Below, one piece after another: positions 19,083 through 28,279 of a stretch of DNA of 64,000 nucleotides. A program made the position numbers and the translations under genes. The stretch is taken from IMG/VR virus record IMGVR_UViG_3300020048_000007, positions 167,673 to 231,672 of that record; one strand, 5' to 3'. Numbering within the stretch: position 1 is the stretch's first letter; each line of letters begins with the position of its first letter. The notes beneath the pieces are model-generated. The model worked only from the letters and a program-made list of their open reading frames with translations. It searched no databases and was not told the origin of the DNA. This stretch comes from a virus (taxonomy: Duplodnaviria; Caudoviricetes).

Positions 19083-20423
19083 ATGGCCGCACAAATCTCA
19101 TACCAAAAGGACCTAACAATGCAAAACGCAATCGACACGATCAAAGCACTCGAAGCCACCAATAGCCGAAATGAAAAAGAAGCGATCCTAACAGAAGCAA
19201 TCACACAATACCCAGAATTATCGCAAATCTTCACAGCAGCACTAGACCCATACATCAACTACTATATCATCCAAATGCCGACCAAAGGCACAGGAACCGG
19301 ACTGCCACTAAACGAATTTCTAGAGAAAGTCAGCTTCCTGTCGAACAGAACCATCACCGGCAACGACGCCAGAGACCTCGTCAGGACACTTAACCAACAA
19401 GCTACAGAAGAAGAATGGCACTACATCTACAAACGCATCATCCTTAAAGACCTCAAATGTGGTGCGACTGAAAAGACGATTAACAAAGTCTACAAAGCAG
19501 TGACAGGCAAAGAACTCGTCCAAGTATTCTCATGCCAACTAGCTCACGATAGTGCCGACCACCTCACCAAAATGGTAGGACCAAAAATCATCCAAGCCAA
19601 ATTAGATGGCGTCCGAATCGTAGCGATCAGAATTGGCAAAGCATGTACACTGTATAGCCGCACTGGCAAAATCATCTCAAATTTCCCGCAGATCCAAGAT
19701 GCAATAAGCTCGCTAGAACTGCCGCAAGGATACGAAGAAGGAATTGTATTTGATGGCGAAATCATGAGTGCATCATTCCAAGACCTTATGAAGCAGCTCA
19801 ACCGTAAAGACAACGTTAACACCAATGATAGCAAATATTACATCTTCGATATGCTTCCATTGAACGAGTTTACTAAGGGGACTAGCACCCTCAGCCAGCT
19901 TGAAAGGATGGAAAAAATAACCGAAGTCATCAAAGCTAGCAATAGCAGCGAACTGCTCGACACATTGCTTCATGATATAGTGGACCTCAGCACAGATGAA
20001 GGACAATCACAATACAAGGAAATCAACAGGAGAGCAATAGAATCAGGTTACGAGGGCATCATGATTAAAGACCCCGCAGCAATCTACCAATGCAAGAGAA
20101 CGTCAGCATGGTTAAAAATGAAGCCATTCATCGAAGTGACTGTAGAGATAAAGGGCTATGAAGAAGGCACTGGCAAACACATTGGAATCCTGGGTGGTTT
20201 TCAATGTGATGGTTATGACAATGGCAAGAATTTTACGGTCAGCGTTGGTGGCGGGTACACCGATGAGCAACGCAAAAAATTCTGGGAATCAAGAGAAGAT
20301 CTGATTGGTCAACTTATCGAAGTGAGAGCAGATGCTATCACTCAAAATCAGGATGGAACTTACAGCCTGAGGTTCCCTAGATTTCAACGATTTAGAAGCA
20401 TGGCTGCTGGTGAGAAGATCTGA
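19083..20423 (+). CDS. ATP-dependent DNA ligase
   Basis: Motif I KLDGVR, VFDGEI, YIFD, EGIMIK, WLKMKP and LRFPRF; T4-ligase-like N-terminal domain. Confidence 0.95.
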   Translation: MAAQISYQKDLTMQNAIDTIKALEATNSRNEKEAILTEAITQYPELSQIFTAALDPYINYYIIQMPTKGTGTGLPLNEFLEKVSFLSNRTITGNDARDLVRTLNQQATEEEWHYIYKRIILKDLKCGATEKTINKVYKAVTGKELVQVFSCQLAHDSADHLTKMVGPKIIQAKLDGVRIVAIRIGKACTLYSRTGKIISNFPQIQDAISSLELPQGYEEGIVFDGEIMSASFQDLMKQLNRKDNVNTNDSKYYIFDMLPLNEFTKGTSTLSQLERMEKITEVIKASNSSELLDTLLHDIVDLSTDEGQSQYKEINRRAIESGYEGIMIKDPAAIYQCKRTSAWLKMKPFIEVTVEIKGYEEGTGKHIGILGGFQCDGYDNGKNFTVSVGGGYTDEQRKKFWESREDLIGQLIEVRADAITQNQDGTYSLRFPRFQRFRSMAAGEKI

Positions 20424-20427
20424 TAAT

Positions 20428-20475
20428 AGACAGCCAGCAAAACGAGGCATGTTAGTGTCGTTTTGCTGGCTGTCT
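20428..20475. terminator. bidirectional intrinsic terminator-like hairpin
   Basis: Perfect 18-bp inverted repeat AGACAGCCAGCAAAACGA (20428-20445) / TCGTTTTGCTGGCTGTCT (20458-20475) with a 12-nt loop. It fills the gap between convergent genes. Confidence 0.8.
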
Positions 20476-20669
20476 TATTTTACTTCACCTGGCATACATT
20501 TACCAAGCTTCGTATAGTATTCTGGATCTTCTTCTAGGTGATCCATAGCTATCTTTTTGGCCATTTTCGGATCAGAAGTATGCTCAAATTCGGTTTTGAT
20601 TCCTTTTTTGAGCTCTTCTGGATCGATTTTTGACAATGCTTCTTCGAGTCTAAGATTGAAAGCTGACAT
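20475..20669 (-). CDS. DUF5661-like small phage protein
   Basis: ELKKGIKTEFEHT...AKKIAMDHLEEDPEYYTKL matches the remembered motif; AGGAGAG RBS. Confidence 0.75.
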   Translation of the reverse strand: MSAFNLRLEEALSKIDPEELKKGIKTEFEHTSDPKMAKKIAMDHLEEDPEYYTKLGKCMPGEVK

Positions 20670-20690
20670 GTCTCTCTCCTGTAAATTATG

Positions 20691-22544
20691 TCAATCTTTT
20701 ATAGCGACCGTATGGTTTTCGGCCATCGCTACTTGTAACCAGCTAGATCCACCCATAATTGTCTGCACTGGAGAAGATTTTGATTCTGTCGTGTTATCCC
20801 CTAACTGACCATACCCATTATCTCCCCAAGTCCACAGTGTGCCATCAGATTTAATACCAGCAGAACTAGTACCAGAAGTCGAAGAATACTTCCAATTCCC
20901 AGCGGTCATCACCTGGACCGGATTAGACCTATTTTCAGTTGTGTTATCACCAAGACCTCCACCATTGTTATTGCCCCAAAGCCATAACGTACCGTCGGTT
21001 TTTATAGCAGACATGGATATATAATAAATGGTATCTGCACCACCACACGCTACAGACTTCCAATTTGTACCACCAAGCGAGGTTTGAACTGGCGATGAGC
21101 GATTTCTGAAAGAGCCACCGCCAGAAGCCCTGTTATTGCCCAACTGCCCAGAAAAGTTCCCACCAACCGTCCACAATGTTCCATCAGCCTTAACTGCCGC
21201 CATATTATCAGTACAAGCAGCTACTTGAACCCAGTCGCTACCTCCGCTGATCGTCTGAACAGGAGAACTTTTGTCAACAGTAGAATCATCACCAAGACTT
21301 CCAGAGCGATTATTGCCCCATGCCCATAACGTACCATCAGTCTTGATAGCAGCAGTACCCCACCTGCCACAAGCTACCTGCGACCAATTACTGCCACCAG
21401 TAATGGTCTGGACGGGAGAGCTCCTATACTCTGTTGTGCCATCGCCGATCTCACCATAATAATTCAAGCCCCAAGCCCACAAAGTGCCATCGGTCTTTAT
21501 AGCCGCAGCATGAAAAGCATCTACTGAAACTTGCTTCCAGCTAGAACCCATATCGTCAAAAATTCGTACTGGTTCTAAAACTACGCCTTCAAAAAATCCC
21601 TGTGCCCACATAGTTCCATCAGCTTTAACAGCCAGGTCGCGAGCACCATAAATATCAAAATTACTAATGAAACCAGTAGAAGCCTGCTTCCAAGTATCGC
21701 CACCAAGCGAAATCTGGACCGGAGATGAATTTGGATTGATCAATTCATAAGAATTCCGACCCCAATACCACAAAGAACCAGATTGCACCACCACAGTAAT
21801 ACTAAAAGCCTTCTCCGTAGTTGACCCACCCTGATCAGTAGAACGCACACGAACCGTGTAACTGCTCTTAATAGCTAAACTAAAGACCTCATCAGCAAGC
21901 AGATTAGCACCATCAATAGTAAATGAAGCATTGTCAGTATCGCCAGTACCAGCCACCAGAGTGTACGTGAACGTATCACCAGCATCTGGGTCGGTAGTAG
22001 AAAGCGTTCCAACCACCGCACCAACTAAATTGTTCTCAGCTATTGTTGCTGATGAAAGTAGAATATCGGTTGGAGAACTATTTAGAACTGCGACCTCGCT
22101 AACAGAGCTCACGGACTGTAAAGCATCTGTAATAGCACCGCTAGCTACAGGATCAGCAAGCAAAGCATAAAAATTTGTCTTCCCATCTAAATCATTAAAG
22201 CTTCCATTTCTATACTGAACACAATAGTAACCACTAGTCTCATCATCATAAGTAACAATACCACTAATATCCATCCACCAATCAGAAATCGTTTTATCTA
22301 TAACAGGAGCAGATACAATAAAATTCAGATACTTCCCATCTGGAGATCCAAGAGTGAGTAACTCCTGAAGAGAATCAACCACATCAGATTCGTCAGTATA
22401 AAGCTGACTAAAATTAATATTGCTTTCTGATTCAAATGGGCTAGAGATGACACCGTTTGAGTAAGTCGTTTCAAATGGACCACTTGTCCCATCTGTGTAT
22501 GCCGCGACGCCAGAGATTTTGAACGTGAACGATGTAACAGACAT
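20691..22544 (-). CDS. adhesin-like protein: conserved N-domain + cadherin-like domain + RCC1/BLIP-II beta-propeller
   Basis: PTDILLSSATIAEN...LSTTDPDAGDTFTYTLV...VRVRSTDQGG (cadherin), then about 7 repeats of KxDGTLWxWGxNxxGxLGD...SSPVQT. Confidence 0.85.
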   Translation of the reverse strand: MSVTSFTFKISGVAAYTDGTSGPFETTYSNGVISSPFESESNINFSQLYTDESDVVDSLQELLTLGSPDGKYLNFIVSAPVIDKTISDWWMDISGIVTYDDETSGYYCVQYRNGSFNDLDGKTNFYALLADPVASGAITDALQSVSSVSEVAVLNSSPTDILLSSATIAENNLVGAVVGTLSTTDPDAGDTFTYTLVAGTGDTDNASFTIDGANLLADEVFSLAIKSSYTVRVRSTDQGGSTTEKAFSITVVVQSGSLWYWGRNSYELINPNSSPVQISLGGDTWKQASTGFISNFDIYGARDLAVKADGTMWAQGFFEGVVLEPVRIFDDMGSSWKQVSVDAFHAAAIKTDGTLWAWGLNYYGEIGDGTTEYRSSPVQTITGGSNWSQVACGRWGTAAIKTDGTLWAWGNNRSGSLGDDSTVDKSSPVQTISGGSDWVQVAACTDNMAAVKADGTLWTVGGNFSGQLGNNRASGGGSFRNRSSPVQTSLGGTNWKSVACGGADTIYYISMSAIKTDGTLWLWGNNNGGGLGDNTTENRSNPVQVMTAGNWKYSSTSGTSSAGIKSDGTLWTWGDNGYGQLGDNTTESKSSPVQTIMGGSSWLQVAMAENHTVAIKD

Positions 22545-24476
22545 TAGGTTTGTCCTCTGTATTTGCCTATAGTATTTTTCCTATAATGGACAATAGAGCT
22601 AATGTTAGCCCTAAGCGAGTATTACAGTGGTTACCGCAGAATCAAATCCTGTGCCAGTAGTAAATCCTGTATCCAAAGCGCCATTAGAATTCAACCTGCA
22701 TATGAAGTTAGCAGTAATTCCATTATAAGAACCGAAAGCCCCACCGACAACTATTTTGCCATCGGACTGGATTACAAGTGAATTAACAGCGAGGTCAAAC
22801 CCTGAACCTATAGTAAAAGCCGAATCGAGGGTTCCGTCAGAATTTAACCTAGCTATGCGGTTCTGAGTCGTCCCATTATAATCAGTAAAAGAGCCACCAA
22901 CAAGTATCTTACCGTCAGATTGAATAACAATCGCATTTACATCATTATTAAATCCTGTGCCTATCGTGAACCCTGTATCGCGGGTGCCATCAGCATTTAA
23001 TCTTGTGATGCGGTTTTGGGCTGTTCCATTGTAAGATGTAAAAGCACCGCCAACAAGTATCTTACCATCAGATTGAATTACAAGTGCTATTACAGATGAA
23101 GAAAATCCAGTGCCTACAACAAAAGTATTATCACGAGTTCCATTAGTAAGAAATCTTACTATACGATTTTGAGTCAGCTGGCTACCTCCAACGGTGGTGG
23201 TGGTAAAAGCACCACCAGCTATTATTTTACCATCAGACTGAATGGCAAGCGAGTTTACTACAATATCTGGACTACCACCCTGGAAACCCGCAGTAAAACC
23301 TGTGTCGCGAATACCATCGGTATTCAATCTAGCTATACGATTTTGAGGACCACCGTTAACACTAAAAGCACCGCCAACAATTATTTTACCATCAGACTGA
23401 ATCGCAAAGCTTCTCACCCGACCACCTAGACCACCGCCAGTAAGGTTAACAAAAGCAGGAGCAGTAAAGCCTGAATCGCGAGTACCATTAGAATTTAATC
23501 TCGTTAAGCGGGTTTGAGTTGTCCCGTCATAGGTTGTAAACAAACCGCCAAAAATTATCTTACCGTCTGATTGAACAATGCTTGAATACACTGAACTGTT
23601 AAAACCTGTACCAATCCCGAAAGTGTCATCTACAGTTCCATTAGGATACAATTTAACTAAACGATTCTTAGTAACTCCATTGTAGACTATGAACAGACCA
23701 CCAGCAATTATACCCGGTAAATCGACTATTGACATTATAAAAACCTTCTCAAAGGACATCCCTCCCTGATCAGTAGAACGCACACGAATAGAATAACTAT
23801 TTCTAGTATTATAGTCAAACACCTCATCAGCAAGAAGATCAGCACCATCAATAGAAAACAAAGCGTTGTCAGTATCTCCAGTACCAGCCACAAGTGCATA
23901 AGTAAAAGTATCACCAGCATCTGGGTCGACTGTAGAAAAAGTCCCGATTACATCCCCAATAGCATTATACTCAGCAATCGAAGCAGATGAAATTGAAGTG
24001 TCCGTTGGCGCAAGATTTGCAACAGCGACCGTACTAGCAGTACTAACAGATTGCAAAACGTTAACAATAATGCCACTGGCATCACCATCAGCTAGAATCG
24101 CATGAAAATTCACTTTCCCAAAAACATCATTAAAATTCCCATTCCTATATTGCACACAATAAGCACAACTTGATTCATCATCATTAGTAACAATACCACT
24201 AATATCCATCCACCAATCAGAAATAGTCTTATCCTGAACAGGAGAAGTAACAACAAAATTCAAGTATTTGCCACCAGGGGAACCCAAAGTCAACAAATCC
24301 TGAAGAGCATCAACATCACCCGGTTCGTCTGTGTAAAGCTGACTGAAATTAATATTACTTTCTAATTCAAACGGGTTAGAAATGATGCCATTTGAATAAG
24401 TTGACTCGAACGGACCGCTTGTCCCATCAGTGTATGCTGCAACGCCAGATATTTTAAACGTGAAAGACGTTAGCAT
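21790..24476 (-). repeat. direct duplication of the ~750-bp 5' segment shared by the two adhesin genes (about 21790-22544 and 23730-24476)
   Basis: Near-identical translations (SFTFKISGVAAYTDGTSGPFE, SNINFSQLYTDE, DKTISDWWMDISGIV, DPDAGDTFTY.LVAGTGDTDNA) with mainly synonymous nucleotide differences. Confidence 0.85.
22611..24476 (-). CDS. adhesin-like protein: conserved N-domain + cadherin-like domain + delta-60 (DUF5122) beta-propeller
   Basis: Same first ~250 aa as the neighbour, then six QSDGKIxxGGxF...RLNxDGTxDxxF repeats plus a split seventh blade. Confidence 0.85.
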   Translation of the reverse strand: MLTSFTFKISGVAAYTDGTSGPFESTYSNGIISNPFELESNINFSQLYTDEPGDVDALQDLLTLGSPGGKYLNFVVTSPVQDKTISDWWMDISGIVTNDDESSCAYCVQYRNGNFNDVFGKVNFHAILADGDASGIIVNVLQSVSTASTVAVANLAPTDTSISSASIAEYNAIGDVIGTFSTVDPDAGDTFTYALVAGTGDTDNALFSIDGADLLADEVFDYNTRNSYSIRVRSTDQGGMSFEKVFIMSIVDLPGIIAGGLFIVYNGVTKNRLVKLYPNGTVDDTFGIGTGFNSSVYSSIVQSDGKIIFGGLFTTYDGTTQTRLTRLNSNGTRDSGFTAPAFVNLTGGGLGGRVRSFAIQSDGKIIVGGAFSVNGGPQNRIARLNTDGIRDTGFTAGFQGGSPDIVVNSLAIQSDGKIIAGGAFTTTTVGGSQLTQNRIVRFLTNGTRDNTFVVGTGFSSSVIALVIQSDGKILVGGAFTSYNGTAQNRITRLNADGTRDTGFTIGTGFNNDVNAIVIQSDGKILVGGSFTDYNGTTQNRIARLNSDGTLDSAFTIGSGFDLAVNSLVIQSDGKIVVGGAFGSYNGITANFICRLNSNGALDTGFTTGTGFDSAVTTVILA

Positions 24477-24784
24477 AGCATTAATCCTTCGAGTTGATTC
24501 ATGGTATTCTTCTATTGTATTTTATTTTCAGAGATTTCCAATCATCTCTGAATACGATTCGTATTCACATAATGGCTCTATTTGCCATGCGGTCCTCTTT
24601 GGTAACCCTGTTGCTCATGATCTGCGTTCAATCGCAAGACTCTTTTGAGGTTTCTGCTGTCGGTCATGAGTGTTGAGATGGAGTTCATCAGAACTAAGTA
24701 ACCCTCCCCCTAAACGAGCAAATGGATTGCTTTTACATGGATAACGGCTAGAGGAAGTAGCGGTAACCAGTCCGCGCCAGTCTA

Positions 24785-24967
24785 TTAAAAGGCCGAACAC
24801 AGGGCACACCCCAAGCAAGCAGTAACGGTTGGAACTACCAATATAACAGCTCCACGGTTATACAGGTCACAAATAGGAACTAACCCAAAGAACAGATAAA
24901 CGGGAAACATAAGCAACACAAATACTCCAACCGACAATATGTCAAATATGGAACTCAAGTGATGCAT
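24785..24967 (-). CDS. small putative membrane protein
   Basis: 60 aa with two hydrophobic stretches; no family recognised. Confidence 0.4.
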   Translation of the reverse strand: MHHLSSIFDILSVGVFVLLMFPVYLFFGLVPICDLYNRGAVILVVPTVTACLGCALCSAF

Positions 24968-25029
24968 AAAATCAGAACCAAAATATCAATAATCTGACGA
25001 CGAAATAGGTTAAGTATCGCCCGAAGAGT

Positions 25030-25330
25030 AGGGTATTGGCAGGGATTCAAAAGCTTAAAATGCTTTTGGGTGGTGTGTTATTGCTTGTAACTCGAAGCTA
25101 CCAAGAACACGGAAACTGATAGAGTGTTCGGCCCTGCGTGAGGGACGTAGGGAGAAGGCGGGGGTAGCATGCCCAAGAATTTCGACCAACAAACCTAACC
25201 GCGATAAGAGTACGTTGGTGATTGTTCTTGAGGAGAAGGCTCATAGCAGCCTAACTCGTACAATTGCTCATAATGAACAAGCGTTCAAAAAACGTTTATT
25301 TTTTATGGGGGCGGGAAGGTTACTTCCATA
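25030..25330 (+). ncRNA. candidate structured non-coding RNA (unidentified)
   Basis: ORF-free, G-rich stretch with a chain of stems (25048-25068, 25105-25129, 25132-25152, 25184-25219, 25237-25252, 25314-25327). No match to RNA families I can recall. Confidence 0.25.
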
Positions 25331-25402
25331 TAAAGAACCTGGACAAAACATAAAAGAATATAGTAATTAAATATAAACTAAGCCACACCAAAGGACTCAT
25401 AC

Positions 25403-28249
25403 ATGTCCCTGACGCACTACTGGAAATTTAATAGCAATGTCCTTGACTCAGAAGGGGCATATAATTTAACAGCCAACGGCGGTGCAACCTACGCACCCGG
25501 CATACTGGTAAACGCTATACAATGGGACGGTACAGCAGGAAGCGCCGCATACGCTAACACAGCCGGTATCATAACCTCAGTAGGTTGGACAGTGTGCGGC
25601 TGGGTCAAACACAGAAGTGCAGGCGGAGGAGCCCCGGGCTTTAAACTAGCTGGCGGGGTGGATGTAAACGACACAGGTGGCGTGAGCTTCGCAGTAAGCT
25701 ATTTTACAGGCCCAGGATCGTCTATCTGGAGACTGAGCGACCCTGATGCAGGTAATTTCCCAGCATTCAGCATTGTAAGCTCCAACGTAACAGATGATGT
25801 GTGGTATTTCGTTTATATCAGATGTGACATAGTCGCTGAAGGCATCCCCCGGTTCCATGCTGCAATCAACATGGGAACCGAATACCAATCAGCCGCAGAG
25901 ACAGGTGCAACAAACTTTACCTCGATCTACATATATGACAGTGTAGACGACTTAAGAGTTTACGACACTAAATTAACCCTGGAAGATCTTAACGCGATAT
26001 ACAATAGTGGTTCTCCCGTAGAGGCTACACCACCCACAACAGTATCAGTGCCAACAGTCGCTAGATCGTTATTAATAAAAACATCGAGCAAGTCGCATGA
26101 TTTCAGATCTAGGCTTTTAGCAACAACGGCGAAGCAACACGGAGTATATGGCAGATCATTAAAGACAATTGATAAAAACCATGACGTGTTTACCTTAATC
26201 AGCCAGATTTATACGTATACGATATCAAAATCAACAAATGCTTTTCTGAAAGCATCAATCCAAGATAGCCACGGCGCACTCGCCGTAAACTTAGACGATT
26301 TCCAGCTACCATATAGTGCCGAATATCTCCTATCTTTAATGACTTACGGTGTTCGAGATCAGAGCACGTTTAGTGTAGGCCAGGCTTCACAAATCAGATT
26401 ATCGAATCTGGCAGGTGTCATACGGGAGACATATAATAAGCAGATTAGTACTCTTATGAGACTCTACACAGCTAGAGATCATATGACACAGACTAATCTC
26501 TATCTCCCGAATTATGCAGATACAGATAACTTGTTTCCCGAATTCACCAATTCTAATAGAGCGAGATACACATCACCAAGAAACCTGCCGTCAGTTGCTA
26601 TCGCCAAATCACAGATACCGGCACCGCAGGCGACAACGATACTGAATGCACCAGAACTGCCTAAGACACCCAAAGACAAGGATGAATTTAAGGAAACGCT
26701 TACGGGGACACAAGACGGCACGCCTATTACTATACAGAACAAATGGTTCTATAATGCGTCGGAAAACTCATGGATTTATAGGGGTGACTCAAGCGTACCG
26801 ATTGTTGTAGATGACCAAAATAATGGCATAATAACGCCAGAAATATTCGATAAGATTCAATTTATCAGCAAGATGATGCTGCCTAATTATTTCAAGATCT
26901 TTCCAACGCAAGAAGCATATTACTATTACTTTAGAAGCTCTGATCGTTACATTACATTCACACCTGAAGGTGATGACGTAATCAGAATGGAAATAGACAG
27001 CGGAAGGCTTTATTCTAGTCTTTACAGGCAGATATGCGCCGGTGAGAGAGGAAACCAAGGCGCACCCGGCAAACAGGGTCCGCCAGGCACATCAGCATTG
27101 CCGGAAATTACCTTTCAACCAAAAGCCATAAACGACGAATTGCCGATAAAAGTTTTTGCCATAGCACCATTATCCCTTACAGGTAGAGTCAACCTTCCAA
27201 ACAATCACGTTCCAGACATGGTCGTGAGGATCTACACCACTAACTCGATCGCTGACATAGATGACCCATTATTCTATCAAAAGAATTACTTGCCTAGGTA
27301 TTTCTTAAATGACAAAGTCAACATAACCTTTGTAAACACATTCTTAAGCTATATTAATAGACAGGAACTAGGGTTAACAGATGATATTAGACCCATAGCT
27401 GAAATCTTAAATCCAAGAAATGGTTCAATTAACAAGCTAGTAGCTGAAATATTAGTAGACCCGACAAAAACAAAGACTAACAGAATTACAGTGTACGATG
27501 ATACTATTGGTATCTTAGAACAAGAGACCTTAGCATCTTTCCAATTGGATGAGACAGATTGCTTCCTCTCGGGGTCAGTATTTTTTAACTCGCCTAAGAA
27601 ATCACGAGGGTTTGCAGTTAAATGTATGCAACAAGGTCCAGATGGTGTCCAAGGCCCCAAAGGGATTAGTTGCATAGAAATAACTGAGAATTTATTGAAC
27701 GGTCAAAATATTGTGGCTGATAGGCCGGTCATTAACGTTAGATATGATGTTGACAGCAGTACTTTTTATGTCTTTAATGCGCCAATAACCACAACTGATC
27801 AGAACACTGGAATTGTGTCTAGCAGTGTGTGTGCTGATACGGTTGCCCTATTCGGTAACAATATCATACTTAATGACCGAGACGTTTTCTCTTCCACTTT
27901 CATTAGTGCTGAGGTGACTTTAAAGCAATGTAAGGCTGTTCTAACCTACCAGCCCAGGATGAAGTCATATGATCCGCCAGAATTGGATTTGGAAAACTGG
28001 CATCCAACAAGCGAAATAAGAACTAAAAGGCATTGGGATAAACACAGCTTCAGATGGGCGGATGATGCTAGTAGTAAAGAAACGTCCTGTAGTTCGCCAG
28101 CCAGAGCGGCATTACAAGTTGTGGGGCAATTAGCTGGAGCTCCAGGCGATGATGCTTGTTGCCAAGAGCCTTTCTTTTATATGCCATCTATTCAAGATGG
28201 ATCTTGCCCGGGCGATACGGTATCACCAGTAATTAAAAGCAGCAGTTAA
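25403..28249 (+). CDS. LamG/ConA-like + collagen-repeat virion fibre-like protein
   Basis: N-terminal LamG (THYWKFN...WTVCGWVK...VDDLRVYD), GxY runs GERGNQGAPGKQGPPG and QGPDGVQGPKG, and a Cys-rich tail. Confidence 0.75.
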   Translation: MSLTHYWKFNSNVLDSEGAYNLTANGGATYAPGILVNAIQWDGTAGSAAYANTAGIITSVGWTVCGWVKHRSAGGGAPGFKLAGGVDVNDTGGVSFAVSYFTGPGSSIWRLSDPDAGNFPAFSIVSSNVTDDVWYFVYIRCDIVAEGIPRFHAAINMGTEYQSAAETGATNFTSIYIYDSVDDLRVYDTKLTLEDLNAIYNSGSPVEATPPTTVSVPTVARSLLIKTSSKSHDFRSRLLATTAKQHGVYGRSLKTIDKNHDVFTLISQIYTYTISKSTNAFLKASIQDSHGALAVNLDDFQLPYSAEYLLSLMTYGVRDQSTFSVGQASQIRLSNLAGVIRETYNKQISTLMRLYTARDHMTQTNLYLPNYADTDNLFPEFTNSNRARYTSPRNLPSVAIAKSQIPAPQATTILNAPELPKTPKDKDEFKETLTGTQDGTPITIQNKWFYNASENSWIYRGDSSVPIVVDDQNNGIITPEIFDKIQFISKMMLPNYFKIFPTQEAYYYYFRSSDRYITFTPEGDDVIRMEIDSGRLYSSLYRQICAGERGNQGAPGKQGPPGTSALPEITFQPKAINDELPIKVFAIAPLSLTGRVNLPNNHVPDMVVRIYTTNSIADIDDPLFYQKNYLPRYFLNDKVNITFVNTFLSYINRQELGLTDDIRPIAEILNPRNGSINKLVAEILVDPTKTKTNRITVYDDTIGILEQETLASFQLDETDCFLSGSVFFNSPKKSRGFAVKCMQQGPDGVQGPKGISCIEITENLLNGQNIVADRPVINVRYDVDSSTFYVFNAPITTTDQNTGIVSSSVCADTVALFGNNIILNDRDVFSSTFISAEVTLKQCKAVLTYQPRMKSYDPPELDLENWHPTSEIRTKRHWDKHSFRWADDASSKETSCSSPARAALQVVGQLAGAPGDDACCQEPFFYMPSIQDGSCPGDTVSPVIKSSS

Positions 28250-28279
28250 AGACGCCAGCACTCTTAACATAGGCCAACA

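Noticed and set aside
20691-24476. Diversity-generating retroelement or CRISPR array explaining the repeats
   Set aside because: The repeats are degenerate in-frame propeller blades. There is no adenine-specific TR/VR pair, no reverse transcriptase in the window, no identical repeat-spacer pattern and no cas genes.
24690-24920. RNase P RNA-like words (GTAACCTCCCCC...GAGCAA, GGTAACCAGTCCG)
   Set aside because: The universally conserved GAGGAAAGUCC and ACAGAA...GGCUUA elements are absent, and the opposite strand encodes a plausible small membrane protein.
25000-25400. tmRNA or tRNA in the intergenic gap
   Set aside because: No tRNA-like GGGG...TTCGA...CCA ends or cloverleaf were found on either strand.
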